A stretch of 64,000 bases of DNA from an uncultured Verrucomicrobiae bacterium (GTDB lineage Bacteria > Verrucomicrobiota > Verrucomicrobiia > Chthoniobacterales > UBA10450). A program made the position numbers and the translations under genes. The stretch covers positions 128,001-192,000 of the forward strand of contig CAWFGO010000001.1 in the NCBI GenBank assembly GCA_963815455.1. Direction: 5' to 3'. A model generated the notes under the pieces. That model had not been told where the DNA came from. It saw only the letters and a program-made list of their open reading frames with translations, and did not search any database. Shown in pieces: positions 8,839 through 17,511 of the stretch; position 1 is the first letter of the stretch, and every line of letters begins with the position of its first letter.

Positions 8839-10320
8839 ATGCTTCTTTTCCTCATATTTTGCCCGATCGTTGCGGCGTTCGTGATCATGGCCGGCGCGCC
8901 GGCCCGAAAAACGGCGTTGCTCGCTTCGTGGTTGATGCTCGCGTCCGCGGCCGCACTCTTCGCTCAATTCGCGCAGCTCGAACCGAAGTTTCAGTTTGTC
9001 AGTTCATTTCCAATTTCTCCCGAGTTGCATCTCGGCTTTACCGTTGGGCTCGACGGTTTGAGCCTGATCATGGTGCTGCTGGCCGCCATCGTCACGGTCG
9101 CGGCCGTCTGGTTCGCCGGTAAGATCGACAATCACGAAAATGCATTCTACGCCTGCCTGCTTTTTATTTCCGGCGGCGCGATCGGAGCATTTTCGTCGCT
9201 CGATTTGTTTTTCTTTTATGCCTTTCACGAACTCGCGCTCATCCCGACATTCCTGCTGATCGGAATCTGGGGGAGCGGAAATCGCGTGGCCGCGGCGTGG
9301 AAGATCACAATTTATCTCGCAGTCGGTAGCTTCATCTTGCTGCTTGGCTTGATCCTGCTTTACCAAAGCGTCCCGGCCGCATCGCGGAGTTTCGATATTC
9401 GCGAGCTACAGGCTGCGATCGCGACGCGGCAGATTCCGGCGAATGCGCAGCACAACATTTTCCTGCTCCTGCTTGTCGGCTTCGGAATTCTCGTCTCGCT
9501 GTTTCCGTTCCATACCTGGGCGCCGGAGGCGTACGCATCCGCGCCCGCCCCGGCGGCAATGCTGCATGCCGGCGTCCTGAAAAAATTCGGGCTTTACGGT
9601 TTGCTGCGGATTGCCCTCCCGCTGCTCCCGGAAGGAGCGCGGCACTGGAGCCATCTGTTAATCGTGCTGCTGCTCGGGAATATCATTTACATCGGGTTGG
9701 TCACCATCGCGCAAAAACGACTCGATTGGATGCTTGGTTACTCCAGCGTGATGCACATGGGTTACATTTTTCTCGGGATCGCCAGTGCCAACGTTCTCGG
9801 CACCACTGGGGCCGCGACTCTGATATTCGCGCACGGGCTTTCCATCGCGTTGCTGTTCGCGCTGGCGGGGGAAATTCGCACCCGTACCGGCACGCTCGTG
9901 TTCAGCGATCTCGGCGGTCTCGCGAAAGTGATGCCATTCGCCGGTCTCGCCTTCGGGCTCGGCGCATTCGCGGCCATCGGTCTTCCCGGCTTCGCCAACT
10001 TCGCCGGCGAAATCATGATCTTTTTCGGCGCGTTCCGAACCGGCTGGGATATGACGCGGTTCCACACGTTTCAAATCGCGACCGCGCTGGCGCTCTGGGG
10101 CGTGGTGATCTCAGCCGTTTATATGCTCCGCGCGTATCGAAATGCATTCATGGGTCCGCCGAATGAGCGCTGGAACAAGCTTGTCGATCTTCGTCCCGGC
10201 CTGCGCATCCCGATCGCGTTGCTGGTCGCCGCGCTTCTCTGGATCGGATTTTATCCCCAATCGTTTATCCGCATTCTTGCGCCGGCGCCGAGCACTTATT
10301 CCGCATCCGCAAAGCCATGA
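8839..10320 (+). CDS. nuoM: NADH-quinone oxidoreductase subunit M
   Basis: GLDGLSL, FPFHTWAPEAYASAP and YSSVMHMG motifs. Confidence 0.95.
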   Translation: MLLFLIFCPIVAAFVIMAGAPARKTALLASWLMLASAAALFAQFAQLEPKFQFVSSFPISPELHLGFTVGLDGLSLIMVLLAAIVTVAAVWFAGKIDNHENAFYACLLFISGGAIGAFSSLDLFFFYAFHELALIPTFLLIGIWGSGNRVAAAWKITIYLAVGSFILLLGLILLYQSVPAASRSFDIRELQAAIATRQIPANAQHNIFLLLLVGFGILVSLFPFHTWAPEAYASAPAPAAMLHAGVLKKFGLYGLLRIALPLLPEGARHWSHLLIVLLLGNIIYIGLVTIAQKRLDWMLGYSSVMHMGYIFLGIASANVLGTTGAATLIFAHGLSIALLFALAGEIRTRTGTLVFSDLGGLAKVMPFAGLAFGLGAFAAIGLPGFANFAGEIMIFFGAFRTGWDMTRFHTFQIATALALWGVVISAVYMLRAYRNAFMGPPNERWNKLVDLRPGLRIPIALLVAALLWIGFYPQSFIRILAPAPSTYSASAKP

Positions 10321-11741
10321 TTGCCGCGCCCTCACTCGAAATTGCCGTGCTCGTTCTGGGCATGCTGCTCCTGATGTGGGAAGCGTTTGCCACCAAGACC
10401 GACAAGCGCGTTTTGGCCGTTACTGGAATTGTCAGCCTCACGCTCGTGCTGGCAGCGTCGTTCTTTTTGATTCCAAATATCGAACCCGGACAGATCAGCG
10501 GTTTCCGTGGCTTTTGCACCGTCGATCCGCTGTCGATCTTCTTTAAGCGATTTGCGCTGGTTACGACCATTTTCGTGCTGGTGATGATGATCGATTACGC
10601 GCCGGTCGTGCGCAGTTGGTTCCCCGGCGGGACTGCGCAAGCCGGCCTCGGTGAATTTTTCTCGATCCCGATCTTTACCTGCGCCGGACTGATGTATCTG
10701 GTCTCGGCCGTCGATTTCATTTTCATTTTCGTCGCGCTCGAGCTGGTCACGATCTCATTTTATGTCCTGGTCAGTTTCACTCGACGAAACCCGCTGACGC
10801 TCGAAGCCGGAGTGAAATATCTGGTGTTGAGCGCCCTCTCGACCGGATTTCTGGTTTACGGGATTACCTGGATCTTCGGAGCAACAGGCGAAACGAATCT
10901 GCAACGCATCGCCGAGGCTTTGGCGAACCCCGAAACCGAACATGGCGCCGCGCTCTTTGGCATGGTGCTCGTCCTCATCGCGCTCGGATTCAAAATCGCA
11001 GCGGTGCCATTCCAAATCTGGGTGCCCGATGTTTACCAGGGCGCGCCAACGCCGGTGACAGCGTTTCTTTCCGTCGGCTCGAAAGCGGCGGGGTTCGTCG
11101 TTTTGCTGCGCGTGTTGCAACCGTTCTCGATGATGCCGCAAATGCACCGGTTGATCGTCCTGCTCGCGTTCCTCACCCTGATTTACGGAAATCTGGCCGC
11201 GTTGCCCCAAACAAATTTGAAACGACTGCTGGCTTATTCGAGCATCGCTCACGCCGGCTATTTGCTCGTCGGCGTGGCCTGCTTCGACGGACCGGCAGTC
11301 GGGTTCTATCTCATCGCGTATCTAATTATGACGCTTTTGAGCTTTGCTGTGCTGGTCATCGTTTCGCAACAAACCGGCGAACAGATCGCCGATTTCAACG
11401 GCCTGGCCACGCGCTCGCCCTTTCTCGCCTTCGCCATGTTAACCGGAATGATCTCACTCGCCGGCGTGCCATTCACCGCCGGGTTTCTCGGAAAATTCTT
11501 TATCTTCTACGCCGCCATCGCGCACCGACAGATCGCGCTGGTGGTCGTTGGCGTGATCACGGTCGGCTGCGGATTTTATTATTATCTCAAAGTGATCCGC
11601 GCGATGTATTGGCAACCCGCACCGAACACCGACAAGATCCCAGTCAGCGCCCTGTCACGTTTCGCGATCAGCGCCTTGATTATCGCCACGATCTGGCTCG
11701 GCGTTTATCCGCAGCCGATCCTCGATGCGTTAAAGCGGTAG
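10317..11741 (+). CDS. nuoN: NADH-quinone oxidoreductase subunit N
   Basis: EAGVKYL, FKIAAVPFQIWVPDVYQGAP and KRLLAYSSIAHAGY motifs. Confidence 0.96.
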   Translation: MIAAPSLEIAVLVLGMLLLMWEAFATKTDKRVLAVTGIVSLTLVLAASFFLIPNIEPGQISGFRGFCTVDPLSIFFKRFALVTTIFVLVMMIDYAPVVRSWFPGGTAQAGLGEFFSIPIFTCAGLMYLVSAVDFIFIFVALELVTISFYVLVSFTRRNPLTLEAGVKYLVLSALSTGFLVYGITWIFGATGETNLQRIAEALANPETEHGAALFGMVLVLIALGFKIAAVPFQIWVPDVYQGAPTPVTAFLSVGSKAAGFVVLLRVLQPFSMMPQMHRLIVLLAFLTLIYGNLAALPQTNLKRLLAYSSIAHAGYLLVGVACFDGPAVGFYLIAYLIMTLLSFAVLVIVSQQTGEQIADFNGLATRSPFLAFAMLTGMISLAGVPFTAGFLGKFFIFYAAIAHRQIALVVVGVITVGCGFYYYLKVIRAMYWQPAPNTDKIPVSALSRFAISALIIATIWLGVYPQPILDALKR

Positions 11742-11760
11742 CATCTGCGATCTGACCTCC

Positions 11761-11809
11761 GGAGGGTCGTGCTTCTGCACGACCAGGACGTGAAGAATCA
11801 CGTCCCTCC
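11761..11809. repeat. Family E double-hairpin element (GGAGGG ... CCCTCC)
   Basis: Related copies at 13312-13367 (inside the GST gene) and 44002-44050; half copy near 14273-14297. Confidence 0.8.
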
Positions 11810-11817
11810 GAACCGGA

Positions 11818-12429
11818 TCAGTCGCTCAGTTCGACGTTCCAGTAGGCAAGATCGACAAAGTGCCGCCAGCTTTCGTGTTGCGGCGCGGAGAACGTGACAT
11901 GCACGAATGGACGCCACTTCGGCCGCTTCGGTTTGCGAATGAGAATCATGTGCGCTTCCTGCGGAAGCCGGTTCCCCTTGCGGGTATTACAGGGGATACA
12001 CGAGCAAACCACATTTTCCCACGTCGTCGTCCCACCCCGGTCGCGCGGGACCACGTGATCAAGATTCAGATCGTTCCGATCGAACGTGTGACCGCAATAC
12101 TGGCAGGTGTTCTTGTCCCGTTCGAAAACGTTGTGCCGGGTAAATTTCACTTCCTTTTTCGGCAACCGATCGAAAAACAGCAGCACGATCACCCGCGGGA
12201 CCCGGATCTTGAACGAAATCGTCGGGACCAGCTCATGGGCGGGCGCGTTAGCCGAAAAATCGCGCCAGCTATCGAAATCGTGGGTAAGAAAATTGTTTGG
12301 CTCGTCCGACGAAACGACATGAGCGTGTCCCGCATAGACAAGCGAGAAAGCCCGCCGGGCAGAACAGATATTCACCGCCTGCCAGAGGCGATTCAGCACC
12401 AGAACCTGACTGTTCAACGAGGATTGCAA
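11818..12429 (-). CDS. HNH endonuclease family protein
   Basis: VLVLN N-terminus; RDKNTCQYCG ... DHVVPRDRGG..TWENVVCSCIPCNTRKGNR. Confidence 0.92.
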   Translation of the reverse strand: MQSSLNSQVLVLNRLWQAVNICSARRAFSLVYAGHAHVVSSDEPNNFLTHDFDSWRDFSANAPAHELVPTISFKIRVPRVIVLLFFDRLPKKEVKFTRHNVFERDKNTCQYCGHTFDRNDLNLDHVVPRDRGGTTTWENVVCSCIPCNTRKGNRLPQEAHMILIRKPKRPKWRPFVHVTFSAPQHESWRHFVDLAYWNVELSD

Positions 12430-12702
12430 ATGTGTCCCTCCTACCGCTTTGCGCCCGCACTACCGCGAGCATTTACGGAAATGGGCCGACAGGTACCACC
12501 CGCGTTTTTCATTGTCAACGCGGAGGGCCCAGCCTGTTCTGGTGCCTGCGCTGTAGCCGCGGTCGCTGACCGCGGCCGCGCGGATTATCTCTGTTCCTTG
12601 CGGCCGATCCGCCTTCGCTGGGCTTCGGCGTGACGGGCACGGCCACCTCTACACCTACGAAATCTGACTTGTCGATCTTGTATTCGATCATAAGGTCGAA
12701 GC

Positions 12703-12906
12703 ATGAGCGGGCAAGGTTCGGCGGGCAATGTACTGGCGGCGCTCTGCAGTTTCTTTATCCCGGGGCTGGGACAATTGCTCCAGGGACGATTGCTGATGGC
12801 GATCTTCCAGTTTTGTCTGGCGGCGGTTCTCTGGTTCGTTCTGCTCGGCTGGGTGATTCATTTGTGGTCGATCCTTGACGCGGCGCTGTTCAAGCCGGCA
12901 ACGTGA
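12703..12906 (+). CDS. Small membrane protein
   Basis: 67 aa hydrophobic ORF with SFFIPGLGQL motif. Confidence 0.75.
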   Translation: MSGQGSAGNVLAALCSFFIPGLGQLLQGRLLMAIFQFCLAAVLWFVLLGWVIHLWSILDAALFKPAT

Positions 12907-13048
12907 CGTCGCATCCGGATTGACGGCGTCTGACACAACGACCTACAGGGGGATTACATTAAGAGATGTCTCCCAGCCTCCGCGTAAAGCTACGGCGCGG
13001 CAGGCGACTCCGCTCGACATGACAAGCGATTCGTGTCCATTCGTGGTT

Positions 13049-14091
13049 ATGACCGCGCAGTTTCCTAGCGAGCAGACGGAGTCCGGGGAATTTAAGCGTC
13101 AGGAAGACGCGTTTCGGGAATGGATCTCGAATGATGGATCAACTCCCTATCCCGCTACGGCTAATCGTTATCATCTTTACGTTTCGCTGGAGCCTGCCCG
13201 TGGGCGAGCCGGACGGTGATATTTCGGAAGCTGAAAGGACTCGAAGAAGCGATCGGCCTGACGATTGTCGATCCTGTTCGGGACAACAATGGCTGGGCGT
13301 TCCGCGATCCTGGAGGGGCGACCTCCGTGTCGTCCTCCTGCCCGGACGTGCCGAAGCACGTCCCTCCGTCGACTGATCCGGTTAACGGGTTTCATTATCT
13401 GAGCGAAGCCTACGCGGCGACCGATCCGAATTACGACGGGCGCGTCACTGTGCCGGTACTGTGGGACAAGGAAACAAGAAAGATCGTTAACAATTGCGAG
13501 GACGATATCTGTCGCATGTTCAACGACGCGTTCAACGAGTTTGCCCGGAACAAAGACGTCGATCTTTTTCCGGATGAGATTGAGGCGGAGCACATGAAGC
13601 TTTGCGAATTCATTCACGACAACGTAAACAACGGCGTTTATCGGGCCGGGTTCGCCACTCGCCAGCGAGCTTACGAGATTTCCTGCCGAAAACTCTTTGA
13701 GGCACTCGACGAACTGGAACAACGCCTGTCGAAAAGCCGCTATTTGTTTGCGAATCCCGGTGGAGAGAGCGGGAAGCTGTCAGCTTCCCCTACAGTTGGG
13801 AATCGAATTGTCGAAGCGGACTGGCGATTATTTTGCACGCTGGTCCGGTTCGACGTCGTCTATCACGGGCATTTCAAATGTAACATTCGCCGCATCATCG
13901 ATTACCCGAACCTGCAGGGTTATCTGATGGATTTGTATCAGCGGCCTGGGATCGCGCAGACCGTGAACTTCGATCACATCAAGCGTCATTATTATATGAC
14001 GCACACCGAGATTAATCCGACGCGCATTGTTCCGCTTGGTCCGGCACTCGACCTCACGACGCCGCATGGGCGGGAGGCCATGAAGAATTGA
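13049..14091 (+). CDS. Glutathionyl-hydroquinone reductase / omega-like glutathione S-transferase (YqjG-like), frameshift near 13190, two in-frame palindrome insertions
   Basis: GEFKRQ..FREW, RYHLYVS..CPWA, RVTVPVLWDK, NNGVYRAGFA and HIKRHYY motifs. Confidence 0.9.
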
Positions 14092-14261
14092 GCCCGCGAA
14101 TTACGCGAATGGGCGCGAATGAAAAACGGATTGATCCGCCAAACACGCCAAAAGACCCCAAATAGGAACGGATTTGCTTCCCCCCTAAACACACTAAAAG
14201 GCGCGAAAATGTTCCAGGCACTTGTGATAAACCGGTTCGTCATTTCGTGTGTTTCGTGGGG
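14092..14261. repeat. Cluster of family A-like arms, including a minus-strand mini element with a GxxExxY gene fragment
   Basis: Reverse complement of 14211-14238 matches 6479-6506 at 25 of 28 nt (EPVYHKCLE vs EPVYHECLE). Confidence 0.85.
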
Positions 14262-14381
14262 TTAGTTCCCCCGGACGGGACAGAGCCCATCCCTCCAGGT
14301 TCGCCGAACGGATGCGAAAGCTATAGAGGCGGCGAGATTCATGAATTGACGGAGTCTTCCTGTTAAGATAGCGGTGGGGTC

Positions 14382-15200
14382 GTGAGACGGACTGCCTCAA
14401 CCCTGTCGATCCTGCTGGCCTTGAGCGCGTTCGCGTTTGCCGGGCCCGAAAGCTATTCCGGTAAGGAAATGAAGCAGGTAGCGCGCTACGAAACGCCCTC
14501 CTGTCCGAACTGGACCGGGTTCTACATTGGCGGCTTTGGCGGATACAAGTTTGGAGTGATCGATCCAACCCTTCGGTTGGGTGGATTCTGGGAAGACTCA
14601 CAGCCGGACTTGGAGACGTTAAAGTCCCGCGCCGACGACAACCTCGACACCAGCGGCGCGGAGCTGGGAGGATTGATCGGTTACAATCATCAGTGGAACA
14701 ACTGGGTGCTGGGTCTGGAGGCCGCCGGCAGTTATCTCTGGTTGCGAGATTCGCACGGGGACGGTGATTTCTTCTCATCAAACGGGAACCAGTTCTTCAC
14801 TGAGACTTCATTCAAGACGCACTACCTGTTCACGGTCGGACCACGCATTGGTTATGCCTTATGCAAGTGGTTGCCATACGTCACCGGGGGGCTGGCGGTG
14901 GGAGACCTGGATTTCCACCAGCAATTTCACGCGCCGGACTTCTTTCCCGAAATAGCCGGCGGCACAAAAAGCGAGACGAATGCCGGGTGGTTTGTTGGCG
15001 GCGGGCTGCAATATGCCCTAACCGATCGGTTTCGTGAGGGACAGAATTTTCCCGCCTGGAGCGTCAGAGTCCAATATCAATACGTCGATCTTGGATCGAC
15101 GAGTTTCGATCACGATTCGGTGCCCTCCAGTTACCCGAGCGGCAGCAAAGTGGAATTGCGGGAGGACAACGCTTCGTTCGCCATCATCTACGGTTTTTAA
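14382..15200 (+). CDS. Outer-membrane beta-barrel protein (Omp25/Omp31-like)
   Basis: Signal peptide, NWTGFYIGGFGG, LPYVTGGLA, C-terminal aromatic residue (YGF). Confidence 0.85.
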   Translation: MRRTASTLSILLALSAFAFAGPESYSGKEMKQVARYETPSCPNWTGFYIGGFGGYKFGVIDPTLRLGGFWEDSQPDLETLKSRADDNLDTSGAELGGLIGYNHQWNNWVLGLEAAGSYLWLRDSHGDGDFFSSNGNQFFTETSFKTHYLFTVGPRIGYALCKWLPYVTGGLAVGDLDFHQQFHAPDFFPEIAGGTKSETNAGWFVGGGLQYALTDRFREGQNFPAWSVRVQYQYVDLGSTSFDHDSVPSSYPSGSKVELREDNASFAIIYGF

Positions 15201-15281
15201 GTGCGTCCCCGCCGGGGCGCCGGCGACCCTTGAACTCGGAAACGAATTGCTGTTTTCACGCTGATCGGTAAATCTGCGCGA

Positions 15282-16592
15282 ATGTCCGCGCTCTCGGCCC
15301 CAAAAGAAGAAGCGGGATTGATTCGCGCGATTGGCGTTCCGGGACTGGCCGCCAACATTGTTAATTCAACGGTCGGCGCGGGCATTTTCGCATTGCCGGC
15401 CGTGGTCGCGCTTCAGCTCGGCGCGGCTTCTCCTCTGGCCTACGTGATTTGCGGATTGGCGATGTGTTTGTTCGTCACTTCGTTCGCTATGGCGGGCAGT
15501 CGGGTTTCGCTCACCGGCGGTCTTTACGCATACGTTGAAGTGGCCTTCGGCCGATACGTCGGTTTTCTGGGCGGCGCACTTTATTTTCTCACCGCGATCC
15601 TGGCGATTTCCGGAATTGTCGGCCTCATCGCCACTTCCGTGGGCGGTTTGATTCCGATCCTGGCGCCCCAGATTGGCCGGGTGTTCACCATCCTGTTCAT
15701 CCTGACGTTTCTCGTCACGATCAATATCCGGGGCGTCCGGGGCGGCGCGCGCGCGGTCGAAGCGATCACATTGATCAAGCTCGCACCGCTGATCATTTTC
15801 ATCGTAGCCGGTATTTTTTTCATCCGGCCCGAGGCTTTGGCCTGGCCCGGCTGGCCGTCGGGCGACCTGCTCGGCCGAAGCGTTCTGCAATTACTGTTTG
15901 CTTTTGTTGGTGTGGAGGTGGCGTTAATGCCGAGTGGCGAAGTCAAGAATCCGGCTCGCACCGTGCCGCGGGCGATTTTCACCGCGCTCGGGATAACGAC
16001 GTTGCTCTACATTCTGATTCAACTCGTGGGGCTCGGTGTTTTGGGGAACGAGCTTGGGAAATACGGGGAAACGGCGCTGGCCGAGGCTGCCGGGCGATTC
16101 ATGGGAAACGTGGGGCGAACACTGATGCTCTCCGGCCTGGCGATTTCCGCGTTTGGATTTGCCACTAGCGATATTTTGAGTTCGCCCCGGATCATCTTTG
16201 CCTTCGGGCGGGACGGCGTTCTGCCGAAATGGTTCGCCCACGTGCATCCGCGATTCCACACACCCGATGTCGCGATTGTGACTTACGCCGTGGCGGCGTT
16301 TGCGCTTTCGTTCTGGTCCACGTTTCAGGAACTGGCGGTGCTTTCCAACATGGCGGTGCTGTTGCTTTATATTCTCTGCTGCCTGGCCGCGCTGGAATTG
16401 AACCGGCGCGATGTTCGCAGCGACGGCGCGCCGTTCAAGTTTCCTGGGGCGATGTCGGTTCCAATCCTGGCGATCGGCGTGATCATTTGGATTCTGGCAC
16501 ACGCCACGGTCAAGGAAGTCGTGTTCACCGGGATCTGTCTTGCGGTCGCGTCGATGCTGTTTGTTGTCCGGCAAGTGGTGGCGAAACATTGA
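15282..16592 (+). CDS. APC-superfamily amino acid permease
   Basis: VGAGIF, GGLYAYV, FAFVGVE...GEVKNPARTVPRA; about 12 TM segments. Confidence 0.92.
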   Translation: MSALSAPKEEAGLIRAIGVPGLAANIVNSTVGAGIFALPAVVALQLGAASPLAYVICGLAMCLFVTSFAMAGSRVSLTGGLYAYVEVAFGRYVGFLGGALYFLTAILAISGIVGLIATSVGGLIPILAPQIGRVFTILFILTFLVTINIRGVRGGARAVEAITLIKLAPLIIFIVAGIFFIRPEALAWPGWPSGDLLGRSVLQLLFAFVGVEVALMPSGEVKNPARTVPRAIFTALGITTLLYILIQLVGLGVLGNELGKYGETALAEAAGRFMGNVGRTLMLSGLAISAFGFATSDILSSPRIIFAFGRDGVLPKWFAHVHPRFHTPDVAIVTYAVAAFALSFWSTFQELAVLSNMAVLLLYILCCLAALELNRRDVRSDGAPFKFPGAMSVPILAIGVIIWILAHATVKEVVFTGICLAVASMLFVVRQVVAKH

Positions 16593-16634
16593 GTGGACAA
16601 GGATCGATGCCGATCAAGGGGCGGTTGACTGCTG

Positions 16635-16658
16635 CATCTGATGCATTATCATCAGATG
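16635..16658. promoter_or_regulatory. Inverted-repeat operator (CATCTGATG-N6-CATCAGATG) overlapping the TA operon promoter
   Basis: Perfect 9-bp inverted repeat; TTGACT at 16625 and TATCAT at 16647; ends on the antitoxin ATG. Confidence 0.7.
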
Positions 16659-16895
16659 ATGCGAACCACCCTTGAGATCGATGATGATGTTCTGGCCGCC
16701 GCCAAGGAACTAGCGGCCCGGCAAAATACCACCGCCGGAAAAATGATCTCTGAAATGGCCCGGCGCGGGATTCAATCCCGGCACGGCAAAGGATCGTCCA
16801 AGCACAGGAATGGATTCGAGATCTTGCCAGCAGACAAACGAGTTGTTACGCCCGATCTCGTCCAGAAGCTTCTTGAAGAATCGGTCGAGCCGTGA
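16656..16895 (+). CDS. vapB: VapB-type antitoxin (RHH/CopG-like)
   Basis: MRTTLEIDDDVLAAAKELA; overlaps the PIN toxin start. Confidence 0.85.
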   Translation: MMRTTLEIDDDVLAAAKELAARQNTTAGKMISEMARRGIQSRHGKGSSKHRNGFEILPADKRVVTPDLVQKLLEESVEP

Positions 16896-17320
16896 TTGCA
16901 CTGCTCGACATTAACATGCTCATTGCGCTCTTCGATGCGGCTCATGTGCATCATGGCGCCGCCCACGAATGGATGACGAAACACCGCTCGTTCGGTTGGG
17001 CAACCTGTCCGATTACCGAGAACGGGTGCGCTCGAGTGATGTCGCAGCCTAACTATCCGGGCCATCTTCCGGTGGCGGAGATTGTGCGCCGGGTTGCGGC
17101 GGCAACGTCGGAACGCGACCACAGGTTCTGGGAGGATTCGATTTCGTTGTGCGATCCGAAGCGGTTCGAACCAGGTCTAATACTGACGTCGCGAAATCTA
17201 ACCGATGTTTATTTGCTCGCGTTAGCGGTTGAAAAAGGGGGCCGGCTTGTCACTTTCGATCGCGCCATACCCTCGCGGGCGATACGAGGAATCAAAGATC
17301 GACATCTCCTTGTATTGTAG
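16892..17320 (+). CDS. vapC: PIN-domain toxin (VapC family)
   Basis: LLDINMLIAL ... TCPITENG ... TDVYLLALA ... LVTFD acidic PIN residues. Confidence 0.9.
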   Translation: MIALLDINMLIALFDAAHVHHGAAHEWMTKHRSFGWATCPITENGCARVMSQPNYPGHLPVAEIVRRVAAATSERDHRFWEDSISLCDPKRFEPGLILTSRNLTDVYLLALAVEKGGRLVTFDRAIPSRAIRGIKDRHLLVL

Positions 17321-17511
17321 CCGTTCTGATTGAAAGTTTGAGGTTCGTTTTTATGGATGTTGATTGTGGACAATCGGATGTTCGCCCAAGCCGGCCACAA
17401 TATGGTGTGGTCGGACGGCTGCCAGACCCTTCAAATTGTGTAATTTTAAGCTTGTAACCCCCCGAACCCCCCTATATTTACCCTTCAAGGCCCGAGCTTT
17501 GCGGCCACCAC

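Noticed and set aside
11818..12429. HNH gene as a mobile, restriction or Cas9/IscB-like nuclease
   Set aside because: It is a short stand-alone HNH with no RuvC motifs, methylase or flanking duplication that I could find.
16656..17320. vapBC as a novel defence system
   Set aside because: It is an ordinary type II toxin-antitoxin pair with a typical operator.
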